Origin: Callorhinchus milii
Lineage: Eukaryota
Assembly (NCBI RefSeq): GCF_018977255.1
Contig: NW_024704743.1
Coordinates: 79,734,001-79,798,000, forward strand
Reading direction: 5' to 3'
Length of the DNA: 64,000 nucleotides
Shown: piece by piece, positions 36,564-49,265 of the stretch
Position numbering within the stretch: the stretch's first letter is position 1
Layout of the letters: the number at the start of each line of letters is the position of its first letter
Made by a program: the position numbers and the translations under genes
The notes under the pieces: generated by a model
The model's database searches: none
What the model saw: only the letters and a program-made list of their open reading frames with translations
Told to the model about the DNA's origin: nothing

Positions 36564-36807
36564 GGCCACAAATTCCACTTGAGTCTTAAGCTTGTATGAA
36601 TATGCTGCCCTTAAATCTAAGGTTGCACTAAATTGTGGAAAATTCTTCAGTTCAATCTTAATTTGGACCCTGGTTCCTTTTAAAACTGTGGAACTTTAGG
36701 CATTCAAATTTAATAATTTTCCATTCAACTTTTCCACAATTCTGCACAATCTTAAATGTTACGACAAAATAGTCTCATAGGCTAAAATGAGGTGGAATTA
36801 GTGGTTC
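36564..36807. mobile_element. Complete foldback MITE
   Basis: Ends GGCCACAAATTCCACTT / AGGTGGAATTAGTGGTTC, with inner inverted motifs AATTGTGGAAAA / TTTTCCACAATT. Confidence 0.65.
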
Positions 36808-36904
36808 TGGCCTTGCTCTTGAAAGTCTCATGACACAAAAGGCCCAAGACTACTTCATCACAGCTGTGCTCCAACAACAACAGGTCAAATACAGGGATTA
36901 TTAT

Positions 36905-37270
36905 TACTACAATTTATGTAGCATCCTTTCATGTTGGGAGGACGTCTCAAAGAGCTTTACACAGCTGACTGGGCACCCAAGCTTTTCAGGGCGTGAGGTA
37001 TAGGTGACCAAAAGTGTGGCTTTAAGAGAGGGGAGGGAAAGGGGAGAAGTGGCTGGAGTCTGGGATGGAGTTCCAGAGAACAGTTTGAAACTTCATCCAT
37101 GGTGGGTGGATTGGACATGGGGACATGAAGCAGGATGGTGTTAATTGAGTGGAAGGAGCAGCCTGGATGGTGGGATCACTGTTAAATGTTAAGATGGTGG
37201 TAGAGTTAGGGTGGGGTGAGATCGTGGAGGGATCTAAACGTAAGGTCTAGGATCTTGATCCGGTGGAGGA
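36905..37270 (-). mobile_element. Old L2 3' fragment
   Basis: Reverse complement of the L2 tail and of KILDLTFRSLHDL.PP. Confidence 0.7.
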
Positions 37271-37954
37271 TTCTACCACACATAGCTCAGTGTGAAGTGG
37301 TATGAAGAATCTCACTTGGAAAATCCACCAAAGGAGTCTGGTGATGAAAAGAGATAAGCCACATTAACCGGGCGATGGGAGAAAGCTTGATGCTGACACA
37401 ACGCAACATGTTGCAGTATTCATCTTTCACTTTGATGAACACAATGGAAGAAAAATCACCAATGGTGATATTCACTTTTAAGGATTGGCAAATTGGCAAG
37501 CAACCAAAGATGCTCTCAATAGAGCACCGTTATCACTCAGCAAGGAACAATTCCCACAGTCCCCATGATCCACTTGTAGATAAATAAATGCCTTAATTCA
37601 CAAAAATCAATACAGCTCAGAACGTACAATGTTAAAAGTGAAACCTTTGAGATTCACCATGTTCTTTGAGGTTTCTTTGTTTAATTAATACGTTCTTTGC
37701 ATTTTCTCTTAAACATCCCTGTATACAGTATTTGGCAAAGATTGGAAACCTTTCATACTAATTGACAGTAATAAAATTTCAATGATTTAATAGCCATGAA
37801 TTACGTTACAGTGCTTTGCCACTTTCAGTGGCCAAAGCAATTTGTTTCTATGGCATTCTATGGTTATTCAACAAAAATATACAGAACTAACCAGCTAGAT
37901 ACAGCTTGCATCAACCGAAATCACATGAAAGGTAAAATTCATAAACTTAACTTA

Positions 37955-38325
37955 TAATAATAATAATGCTTGCACTTGATATAGCATCTTATCACGTCAT
38001 TGAGACGTCTCAAAGCGCTTCACAGAATATACTGTAAAGTGAATTGACTGTATATTCTGTGGGTGAAACACGGCAGCCAACTGCACACAGCAATGTCCCA
38101 CAAACAGTCGTGGATTGAATGACCAAATTATTATTCAAACTTTTTTTAAAAAGGGGTTTATTACCCTCAGAAAGCGATTCGCCCAACAACTGGCTTCCTT
38201 TTTACTGCTAGATAAACAGAGGCGTGTGGAGTAAGGAAACTTGCCTAAGGGTTCGCCCTGCCCAGGAATCGAATGCAGGTCCTCCTCTTGCAAGGCAAAT
38301 GCTCTAACCAATACACTACAGAATC
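37955..38325 (-). mobile_element. tRNA-headed SINE, long subfamily
   Basis: Full body, long-form segment and (TTA)n tail; loop CTTGCAA. Confidence 0.9.
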
Positions 38326-39573
38326 CTTATAACTTGTGCAGCTCAAAACTGCATAATGGTGGCCCAGCTTTTGTACTGGGGGTGCAAGAGGATAAGGGGA
38401 AGAGGCAGTAACTGCAGATTCACTGAGGTGTTTGGAACATTCATCATCAGATGTAATCATACATTGAGCTATTACACAGATACTAGTGTCATTCGCCTCT
38501 TGCTGATTCTGTTGCTGTTTAAACTCCACTGTTTGTCAGGTCATCAAGCCTATGGGAAATTAAAATTCAATCAAATTCACTGGATGTCACCGTCTAGACG
38601 GAAATATTGATTACATATTGCCTTGCGTCTGTGATTCATACAATCTGATTTTATCAGCAAGCGGATCTTACAGCCATATGCCAAGACACGTACCTCGGTA
38701 GTGCAATAGTATTCCAGCCAGATGCGGCTTAAAATACACAGTGATGGATAGGAATAAGCAGGTAAGCATTAATTCCCCACAGCTAAACACAGCAAACATT
38801 CACTGGAGATGAAGGGAAAAGGTCTTCAACATTAATAAGATAACTGCAGTTCAAAGCTTTTGTCCTACAAACAGAGCTTATCTAAGGCAAATTCCATACT
38901 TATCCCAGGCAGAGTGCAGTGCAGTACAATAAGTAATGCAAAGCCCAACTGATAGTGCATGTCATATGCCACTTTCTCTACCCATGCAGCACAGTATAGC
39001 AGGTGGATGTTTGCTATGTGTGGTCCACATCAAAGGCAGGTGACGCATGTACTTTTGTTCCTTTCACCTTTCAAATTAATTAATTGGCTTTCAAATTAAC
39101 ACTCAATTTATTTTCTAAATTTCCACACAATTTCATTTTTTGACAATAGTCTTAAACCGAAAAATATAAGGTATTTGAAGCCTCTTGTGGCATGTTAGGA
39201 ATTACTGGAAGCTAGCTGAGACTTCAGAGTTTACCCTGGAGTTACTAATAGTCCTTTTAAGGAACACAAAGCTTCTAAACAACTGCAACACAAACATGCA
39301 TTTAAACAAGAGGTGCAAGCCTGAACAACCCAACAAACTATTTGCCTGAGGTAGAGAACAAATAGGGTACTATATCCTAATTACAATACTCAAACAAATG
39401 AACAGCTTCTCAAACCAAACAGAAGCAGATATTGCGACAATGGAATCTTGTTGAAACTCTGTTTCTGAGCAGCAAAAGTAACACGTTCAATGTTGAGAAC
39501 AAACGCTATACAGTCCACTCTGCTGAGGCCTGTTGCTTATTTCTTTCTTAACTTCCCCCTTCATTAGAATTTT

Positions 39574-39680
39574 GTGGAGTCCTGTAGCTTAGTTGTTAGA
39601 GCACTCGCCTCCAAGCAAGAGGACACAGCTTCGTTTCCCAGGCAGCGCAAAACGTTGGACAAGTTTCCTTACTCCACACA
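39574..39680 (+). mobile_element. SINE head only
   Basis: GTGGAGTCCTGTAGCTTAG..AAGTTTCCTTACTCCACAC. Confidence 0.8.
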
Positions 39681-39890
39681 TCTTGATTCCAACAATCTAT
39701 CTCTGGGATTTTCAGGTGTAGGTGGGCTCAATAAGGACAATGCTAATCAGCTGAAACCCCATAGCATGCCACTGAAAGAACTATCGGCCAATTTTCCTGC
39801 TGGGTATCCAGCTGGGACCACTCTACCCGCCGGGGCTCGCAGGGTTAACAGGAGCTGAATGGAAAGAGCCCTGGCCCCAGTATCCTTTTA

Positions 39891-40258
39891 AGTCCTGTAG
39901 CTCAGTGGTTAGAGCACTTGCCTCACAAGCAAGAGGACCTGGGTTTGATTCCTAGCAGGATGAAACGTTGGGCAAGTTTCCTTACTCCACAAGCCTCTTT
40001 TTACCTAGCAGTAAGTAGGAACCCAGTTGTTAGTCGATTGGTGGATCTCTTTTCCAGGGGTAATAATTCCTTCAAAATAAATTAAAATAATTTGGTCACT
40101 CAATCCACGACTGTTTGTGGGACACTGCTGTGCACAACCGGCTGCTGTGTTTTGCCCACAAAATATACATTTAATTCACTTTACAGTATATTCTGTGAAG
40201 CGCTTTGAGACTTCTTGAAGACGTGATAAAGTGCTATATTAAATGCAAGGATTATTAT
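39891..40258 (+). mobile_element. tRNA-headed SINE, long subfamily, with 9-bp TSD
   Basis: TAAGTCCTG occurs at 39889-39897 and 40258-40266; loop CTCACAA. Confidence 0.93.
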
Positions 40259-40999
40259 AAGTCCTGCCGATGAGCCAGTCTGGCTGTGCTGTCATCAGCA
40301 GTGCTCTGGAGTACCTTGGAGCTGCTTAGCTAAGGAACTGGACTACCAAAGCCGCCATAGTGGACAACATATTACACTAATTAACAAGGACTTTGACAGA
40401 ACATCTTCTCAGTGTCATTAGTAACCAACATTCCCAGCAGCTGACCAGCACATGTACCAGGTCAACAAGAAGCACTGGCTGCTGCTAACGGCACTGCGCC
40501 TGAACTGAGCCTGTTCAGACAAGTGCATGGCCCAATATACTTAACCCATAAGAATCTCTGAGCAATTTATGGCTGGGTTTTATTTGTTGTTGTGACATTT
40601 TTATAAATTGCTGAGGAAACAATATTGTCAGACTAATTGAGGTTTCCAGACAAATAATTCTTCCGACCAGATGCACTTAGTTTTGAAATCTCCTGACTTT
40701 CTAAAACCGGATGACAGAATTGAGTTAGGCTATTTAAATTGATCCAATCTAATCCTTGACTTGGCACAAAGTTGTGCAAAGTAACAATGAGTCAAGACTC
40801 TCTTTGCCAGTGCTTCTGCATGGTAGAAATAGCAGATTTCTTTCCCAGATCAGCACAATATATTGGTTCTTATTAAAATTTTCATAGATTAACACACTAT
40901 TGACAACATTTCTCTGGCCTTTTCCTTTCATTGTTAGAAATGTAGGAAACGGTTACACAGACATGGTCACTCAAATCTCAACCAGGTGGCCAGTCTTCA

Positions 41000-41260
41000 T
41001 TTGTCATCTTGATTGTAAGCAAGCCTGATCTCAATTTTCCTCACCCGGCAGTTACACATTGCCATCTCCAGACTAGGGACAGTGATCAGGGACAGAAACC
41101 CTGGCTGATTTCCAACCCCTCCCCCCCACGCACGTGCACACCATGTTCCGAAGCTATTTGTAGCACTGCAATTGATGCCCCCACTGAGATCAGCGTGTAC
41201 AGCAAGGATCATGAAAGGAACCCAGGACCCTCCTGGTCTGTAAGGACTGCTACTCCCTGA
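41000..41260 (-). mobile_element. SINE family C copy
   Basis: CAGTGATCAGGGACAGAAACCCTGGCTGATTT..CTGAGATCAGC..GAACCCAGGACCCTCCTGGTC. Confidence 0.55.
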
Positions 41261-41924
41261 ACACATTCTGCTAATGGAGCAGACAAAGTACATCTTTAAA
41301 TGAACCCAAGAGGAATGCAAAGTGCATGTGACAAAGGTTCAGTTCCACACCTGCAAATTAATAATCCTCACAATTTTGTATAGCGGATATCATATCAGTA
41401 GGATGTCCCAAAGCGCTTCACAAAATATAATGTAAAATATAGTGACTGTATTATGAGAGCAATTGCCAGAACTATCATTTCATCTGTGTTTTTCAGAAGT
41501 GAGAAACAGCTTTTTGGGCAGAGAAATTGCCGACAAACTACTGTTCTTATCTTGAAACTAAAATCATTTATTGTTACAATTAGCAGTGTGTTCATTGGAG
41601 AGGGTCTCAATGCATATGACATGTCTCTTTGTAAAGAACCACATTGTCCAATTACAAAAAGTGAAGCTACTTCTAGAAATGGATCATGTATATCTTCCAG
41701 AGGCATCCTTACCACATATTTCTCAGCCTGATTTAGACTATCTCATTAGTGTTGTGCTCTGTGATCAGACGAGTGACTGGCAGCTACGTTTCAAATTGAT
41801 GTGTGCTCAATATTGATGTGTGCTATCACTAGGTCTAATCCCATACAGAAGTGCTTAACACATACCTGTCTTTGAGCTGCACCAGTATCACAGTATGGAT
41901 CAGTATCTATCACAACAACAGACG

Positions 41925-42590
41925 ATACAACAACAACAACATGAACGTATATAACACCTTTCACATCTCAAAACGTTTCACTGAGAGACTGAGAAACCGA
42001 GCAGAGTAAAAGATATAGGGGTAGGTGGAAGGTGACTGGATGCTGTCAAAGACGTAGGCCTTTGAAAGCAAAGAAGGATGTGAGTCAGAGGGTACTTGAG
42101 GAAGAGTGTTCCAATGTGACTGAAAGTTTATTATTATTGTAATAATATTATGAAATGTCACCCACCGATAGTAAAGGAGAGGCAGTGGGAGATGTGAAGT
42201 AGGCCTGATTTAGGAGGATTAAGCAGGAGAATAGGATGGCAGGAAATCACAATGGTGGAGTGGACAGGGGATGTGGAGAAGGCGAGAACCTGCCGAGGGT
42301 TCATGGGCTCACAGAGCACAGTGGATCAGATAATATGGAACTTGGGGAGGATTCAGCTGGAAATGTGAGAGGAGAGGAGATTGGAGCATTGGAGAAATCA
42401 AGTCCGGAGGTGACAAAGGCTTATACGAGAGTTTGGGCTGCATTTGGAGTGAGGTAGTGATGGAGGCAACATTGTGGAGTTGGAGGAGAGACAATTTAAT
42501 TAAGGACCAGATGAACGGCTTAAAGGCTAGGTGAAGGTCAAGTAGAATCCCGAGATTGCGGTCTGGCTACTTTGAGTTGAGTGAACAGAT
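41925..42590 (-). mobile_element. Old L2 fragment
   Basis: (AAC)n tail; the minus strand gives LQLHNVA and, in a second frame, AAQTLV.AFVTSGLDFSNA. Confidence 0.75.
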
Positions 42591-43414
42591 AAGTAGCTAA
42601 CAGTTGATCCCATCTAGCACAAGGGAGTCATCTTCCATCCTTTACTCACCACCGCCCGACAGTGATGAATAAAGGGCAAAAACATTTCAATTTCTAGCTC
42701 TGTATTCAGCAACTAGATTCAGAAAAGAAATGAGAAACGTTGATCAGTTCTCAGCAAACTAGATCTGAAAACTTCTTTTAGGTGATTGTTTTAATCCCAC
42801 CTTTTTAAAATAGCAAACGTAAAGGAGAAAGGAATAGGAGGCCTGGAGGATTGTGTGCAATATAACACCATCATGGATTAGGTGGGTTGAATGGCCTATT
42901 TCCGTGCTATATTGTTCCATGTAATTCTATGTGTAAAATTAAAATCTGACTTATTGTGAAGTGACTTTTCTGTTCTAGAAGCTGAACTTGTGGTGCTTGG
43001 TGCCTGGAGGGGAAATAACACTGCTTATCAAATGATAATAAAGAGACCATTATATAAAGTGGAATGATAATCACCAGACTCCATTGAATTTATGGTGCTA
43101 ATCACCTTTCCTCCCCATGCTGGGAGGCACTGTCACTGAGCACTGGGCTAATAACAAGCCCAACAGTGGAAAGTAACCAAAACTTCCAGTTACGTTTAAT
43201 GACAGATGGTAGCTGTTCACAGCCCCATAAAACAGTGTCAGTCCAAGCTCTGATAATCTCCGACTCTCTTGAATTCTCTCCTCACTGAGGTTGTAGGCTT
43301 GCTATAATGAGAGGCCATTTGGGTGGGTATTCTAGAAAGATCAGATCAAATGGACTGAAGGGCTTTCTTGATCTCAACCTCTCTCATGATTGGGAATTTG
43401 TCTAGGCAACACGA

Positions 43415-43720
43415 CATTGCAGTACTAGGTGAGCTGCACCCCAATGTGGTGCTGCATTGTCAGAGCAGCCATTCTTCAGATGAAACATTAAACCAAGGTC
43501 CTGTCTGCCTTATTCAGATGGATGTTAAAAATCCCATGGCACTATTCAAAAAGAGAAGACAGTTTCTCCTGATGTCCTGGTGAATAGTCCTCCAAATAAT
43601 ATTTGTCATACACTTCTTTGCTGTTTGTGGGACTTTGTTGTGTGCAAATGGGCTGCCAAGTTTGTCTACTAATATACAGTCACTACACTTTACAGTAAAT
43701 CTTGCAAAGCACATGGAGTA
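43415..43720 (+). mobile_element. Deu-domain SINE whose tail is followed directly by a younger SINE
   Basis: GATGTTAAAAATCCCATGGCACTATTC..TCTCCTGATGTCCTGG. Confidence 0.8.
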
Positions 43721-43721
43721 C

Positions 43722-44090
43722 GTGGAATCCTGTAGCATATTGGTTAGACCGATCGCCTCACAAACGAGAGGACATGGGTTGATTCCCAGGAAGGGAGAAA
43801 TGTTAGGCAAGTTTCCTTACTCCACACGTCTCTATTAATCTAGCAGTAAGTAGGAACCTGGTTGATTGACGGATCACTTTTAATAATCCCTTAAAACAAT
43901 ATATATTTTTAAATAATAATAATTTGGTCACTCAATCCACGACTGTTTGTGGGACACTACTGGGCGCAATTGGCTGCCGTATTTCACCCACAAAATATAC
44001 AGTCAATTCACTTTACAGTATATTCTGTGAAATTCTGAGATGTCGTGAAGACGTGATAAGGCGCTAAATCAAATGCAAGAATTATTATTA
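43722..44090 (+). mobile_element. tRNA-headed SINE, long subfamily
   Basis: GTGGAATCCTGTAGCATATTGGTTAGA..CTCACAA..(TTA)n. Confidence 0.9.
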
Positions 44091-44134
44091 ACCAAGGTTT
44101 CTCCTTGCCTCATAAATTAATTTTACATACAAAT

Positions 44135-44495
44135 GCGTCAGCCTGACTCAATTAGTAGCACTCTGCCCTCAGAGTGGGTTGTGGGTTCAAACCCTAAGTC
44201 AGGACTTTGAACTCATATTGTCGAGGCTGCTGTTCCAATGCAGTGCTGGGGTGCGCTGCATTGTCAGAGGCGCTTTCGTTCAGATAAGATATTAAACCAA
44301 GGTCCCGTCTGCCTGTTCAGGTAGATGTTAAAGATCCCATGACACTAGTCAAAAAGAGAATAATGGTGAATTATCCCAAAGATAAAAGTGGTCATTCAGT
44401 TCATGGCTGTTTATTTAATATTGTAGTGTGCAAATTGGCTGCCACGTTTGCAGTTCGATGTAAAAAACACAATATCAAATGCAAGCATTATAATT
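44135..44495 (+). mobile_element. Deu-domain SINE
   Basis: Head GTCAGCCTGACTCAATTAGTAGCACTC and Deu core. Confidence 0.8.
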
Positions 44496-45599
44496 ATTAC
44501 TTCCATGGACTGTGAGCAATTCACATCATGGGCACATTTTCCGCAGTTATCGGATAGTTTATCAGCCCTGTTATTGTCACAGTGGGGAGTCCTTAGAAAG
44601 ACTTAATCCCTGGAATGATCTGCGTTGTGTGTGTCTATATTTCTGGACTCCCAACAAATTGCTTAAATATAAAAGGATTTTGAGGCGTAACATACCAGAC
44701 GGTGTATCTGTTATTTATCAGTTACATGGGGTCTCTGTGGGGAGCCAGTACACATCTTCAGTTGACACCTATCAACTTTGATATGGCTGAAACACTCCGG
44801 ACTGTGTTTGAATTTTGAAGTTCGTTTTTAATCCGTTTTTAATCTCTCCCATAATAGTATTCCTTGCATTTTATGTAGTGATATTAGCATTTTGGCAAGA
44901 TGTCTCAAAGAGATACACACAGGAGTTTATTGTTGTAATGGAGCTTTCAACAACAACAAGAAATTGTGTTTTTATAGTGCCTTTCACGTTGGGAGGACAT
45001 CACATGGACCTGGACATTGAAGGGTTTGCCTCCTAATCTGTAACAAGTTGTTGTGCTTCAGATTTTAGCAGATCCTATTCTAACTGTCCACAAAGTTTGC
45101 AAATGCACTTTCTCAATTATTAATCTTATAACATTTCCACAGAAAAAGAAAAATCCCCCAAAATCTCCAGACAAATTGTGTCAGTTAAGGAGAGATATTC
45201 TATATTTTACAATCGGTCACTGCTGACAAAATAAATTAATTCTAACTACTTTTAGCTCCAACTAGACTGGTTATACCAACATCTCTGACTCAAGTCACAC
45301 AGCATATTCAGAGCACATACAAGTGACTTTATTATTTAACAGCAAGAAAGCATTTTAGTAGCAATTTATCACTTAAAAGTATCTAAAAGTACTTAAAATT
45401 GGTTTTAAAGTAATATCTGTCGAGATATTTAAAGTAATAACTGTTGAGAGTTGTTACTGTCTTTTTGCATACAATCATTTTGCACAAAATCTTGCGCCAT
45501 TTTGCAAGGGCTCAGAAACAGGTACAATGTGAATGACCAATTTTATCTGAAAGGTTTTGACATTAGTCATTGATCTTACAGTTTTGACATTCATAACCT

Positions 45600-46060
45600 G
45601 TCACTCTCACCTCTGAGTCAGTAAGTTGTGGGTTCCACCCCCACATCAGGGCTTTTTGCTCATAATCTAGGCCAATGCGGTATTGCAGTCCTGGGAAACT
45701 GCTGCATTGTCAATTATACTGTCCTTTGGATAAGACATTAAACCAATTAAACCAAGTCTACCTGTTCAGGTGAACGTTAAAGATCCGATGGCACTATCTG
45801 ATGAGCGAAAGGAGTTTCTCCCAGTATACTAGCCAACAATCCTCCAGTACACTGAAATCTTTAACATCCACTTGAATAGGCAGACAGGGCCCTGATTTAA
45901 TATCTCATCTGAAGGACAGCACCTACAACAATGAAGCACATCTCTAGCACTGTACTTGTCTGTCAGTTTAGACCAAGTGAGTTCCAAGTCCTGACGAGGT
46001 CTTGAACCTACAGCCTTCTGACTCAGAGGCAAGAGCCAAACCAACCGAGCCAGGCTGAAC
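45600..46060. mobile_element. Two 3'-truncated Deu-SINEs in inverted orientation (+45600-45845, -45855-46060)
   Basis: Heads at both outer ends, Deu cores facing each other. Confidence 0.75.
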
Positions 46061-46164
46061 CACAAGGGTTGCAGAGTTGCATGCACCAGTGCACGGGAAG
46101 AGGTATATGTGGAGACTTTATCCCTATAACATCAGTCATTTTTGAGGTTCAAAATGACATTAAA

Positions 46165-46586
46165 AATGTGCCTTATCGCATTGTCGAGACATCTCAAAGC
46201 ATTTCACAGGATATACCGTAAAATAGTGTGATTGTGTGTATTTTGTGGGCGAACATGGCAGCCAATTTGTGCACAGCAATATCCTACAAATCACCATGGA
46301 GTTGAGTAACCAATTTTATTTGAGGGATTCTTGGCCAGTATTTCAGGAGAAACTCCCTTCTCATTTTGAACAGTGTTATGCGATCTTTAACATGCATCTG
46401 AACAGGCAGACGGAGCCTTGATTTAACATCTCATCCAAAGAACAGCACCTCGGGCAATCCACCACCTCCACACTGCACTGGATTGTCAGCAAAGATGATA
46501 TGGTTTTCAAGTCCCGACATGAGGCTTAAACCCATAACCTTCTGATTCATAGGTGAGAATATAACCCACTGAGCCAAGCTGACACC
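46165..46586 (-). mobile_element. Full-length Deu-domain SINE
   Basis: Ends CACTGAGCCAAGCTGACACC, the reverse complement of the head. Confidence 0.88.
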
Positions 46587-47166
46587 TACACTCGGGAGAT
46601 TACACTTGGTGATCAAAATGACCTTTTGTTATTTTCAAAACTTTTAAGGGTGGACAGTTTATTTTTCATAACTGGGGAAACTGACTTAGTGACAGATGAA
46701 TGACAAAGCCACACGTGTGTTAAATATGTCCAGATGCAGTCATCAGCTGTGAGTGTGTGTGGGTGGGGACGGAAATTTATCTATTGGCTTTACATTCACA
46801 ATTATTCAACAAAGGTACTGAGAAAAGCCTGACCTTTCATTGTACTTTGCTGTACTTTTTACTGTTTTATTTGCCTTCAGTTTCTATTTGGAGAGAGTAA
46901 CACAGGACCTTAGAATCCATCAGAATAATCCAAATACAATTTCTCTATAGCCTGTTGCAGGCTCAGAATCATCTCACATGATGTGATATATTTTGAGTTT
47001 CTGATTTTCGGGGTTTATCTTTAGAAATGTTTTAGCGATTTTAGAGTGTTTATATATCAGGGGTTTTCAGGGGTTTTGTTCGTATGCTGAGAAGCTGCAT
47101 CTGCACACATGGAGGGGAGAAAGGTGCCTCATTCATACGCAGTGATTTCTTCCTCTCAAACACTTT

Positions 47167-47395
47167 GTGGAGTCCTGTAGCAAAGTGGTTAGCTCGCTCT
47201 CCTCGTAAACGAGAGGACCCGGGTTTGATTCATGGGTGGGGCAAAACCTTAGGCAAGATTTCCTACTCCACACGCCTCTGTTTACCTAGCAGTAAGTAAG
47301 AACCTAGTCGTTATTCGACTGGCGGATCGCTTTCCAGGGGTAATAATCCCTCTCAAAAAAATGAATCAAAACATTCATGAAAATGACCAATTTCA
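47167..47395 (+). mobile_element. tRNA-headed SINE, long subfamily, 5' part
   Basis: Head and long-form segment; loop CTCGTAA. Confidence 0.85.
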
Positions 47396-47565
47396 CCTTG
47401 TAAAATAAATGATGATTTATTTTATATTTATTTATTTAATCAGGATGACTGGTTTTATTTTGTATCAGCAGTGTTTTATGTGGGGTTTCAAAAATCAGAC
47501 CTAATTCTGATTTGTGCAGTTGAGGTAGGTCTCCGTAACACTGGCATCTCAAAACTTCTACTAAG

Positions 47566-48005
47566 TAATAATAATAACCCTTACATTTGGTATGGCTCCT
47601 TTCATGGCAGGAGGACATCCCAAAGCACATCACAAGATTTACTTGTAAAGTGTAGTGATTGTCTATTTTGTAGATTTATAGTCTATTAGGCAGCCAATTC
47701 GCACACTGCAATGTCCCATAGCTGTGAAGTGAATAACCAACTTTATTTGAGGGATTATTTGCCAGGACACTGGAAGAAACTTCCTTTTCTTTTTGAATAG
47801 TGTCAAGAGATCCTTAACATCCACTTAAAAAGACGGACATCTTGGTTTAAGGTCTCATCTGAAGGATAGCACTTCTGACAATGTAGCACATCCCAGCACC
47901 GCACTGGAATGTCAGCCTAGATTATATGAATTCAAAGTCCTGAAGTGGGGCTTGAACCCATAACCTTCTGACTCAGACGTGAGAGAGTTACCAACTGAGC
48001 CACAG
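47566..48005 (-). mobile_element. Full-length Deu-domain SINE
   Basis: Tail (TTA)n, Deu core and head on the minus strand. Confidence 0.88.
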
Positions 48006-48609
48006 TCAGAGTTGAGCTGGAGTGAGCAACAGCTGGAAATAAATCTGAAGGTTTCGGTGACATTCACATTCTGGTCTACCCGGCTTACAAGGGAAAGAGG
48101 AATAGAAGGCTATAGGTGAGGGGAATAGTAGATGGGGCTCATGTAGAGTATAAACACCGTCTGGACAAGTTGGACCAATTGGTCTGATTCCATGCGGCAA
48201 CATTCCATGTAACAACGCAATAGGGAACTATTCAAATGGAAATTCTTTCTCTTTCCTTCTTGGCTTCTTCTGATCAACCTCACACAATCAGCCTCTGCAG
48301 TTCATCACAAAACATTGAGCCACATACCTCCGCAGCTGCTTATTAAGCCAGACCAGGTAGTACAGCAGCAGGCACCAGCATTAAAACCATCCAGTAAAGT
48401 TGTCTTTTTATTTTTCACCTTTTCTGCTTGTGCTGTTGCACAACACCATGAACATCATGTCAGAGAGGATGTTTCATCCAGGGGGTATCAATTTTCCTCC
48501 CTTAGCAATTTCCAAATACATTGTTGAAAAAGCAATCAAAGTGCTTATCTACGATTTTGTATTGCCTATGAGGCTTACCGAACTTGAAGCTTTTTGATTT
48601 GCTGTTAAG

Positions 48610-48965
48610 AAAGAACAATATACAACCCAAGTAATTACTGTCAAGAAAAGTGACTGTATTCATAAGCAAACGCAGAAACAAAACTTCACAATTAGCCAAG
48701 AAGTGACTGACCAATTTATCTAAAGGATTGTTGGCCAGGACATCAAGAGAAATTCCCTTTTCATTTAGTGCTATGAGATTTTTGAAAGTCTTTGAACAGG
48801 TAAGCATGACGTTAATTTAACGTTGCATTTTCCAACTATGCAGAGTTTCTCTCCACCCCCTCCCCCATTACACACGGCATGTCAGCTTAGACTTTGAGCT
48901 CATGTGTGATTTGAACCTACAGCCTTCTGATCCAAAGCTAAGAGTCCTACCAACTGCTCAAAGCT
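48610..48965 (-). mobile_element. Degenerate Deu-domain SINE
   Basis: GGATTGTTGGCCAGGACATC..TTGAACCTACAGCCTTCTGA. Confidence 0.65.
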
Positions 48966-49060
48966 AAAAATTGGATCAGTTGTATCTGTCCTTCTCTCCT
49001 GATGGTTTCCGTTCATTTGTCCTTCTATTGGCATATACTTGCTCAGACAATGGGTGTTAC

Positions 49061-49265
49061 TATAATAATAATAAGAATTTGGTCAACTCGGTCCATGACT
49101 GTATATGTCATGGACTGAGGTGACCAAATTATTATTATATGAATATACAGTCAATTCACTTTACAGCATAATCTGTGAAGCGCTTTGAGATGTCTTGAAG
49201 ACATGATAAGGCGCTATATCAAATGCAAGGATTATTATTATATCAATTGCAAGGATTTATTACTA
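49061..49265 (+). mobile_element. Rearranged SINE with an internal hairpin and a duplicated tail
   Basis: 32-bp inverted duplication at 49068-49138, then the normal 3' end, then a second TATCAATTGCAAGGATTTATTA. Confidence 0.8.

Noticed and set aside
37287..37587. Overlapping 70-aa ORFs on both strands
   Set aside because: No recognisable homology or coherent exon structure.
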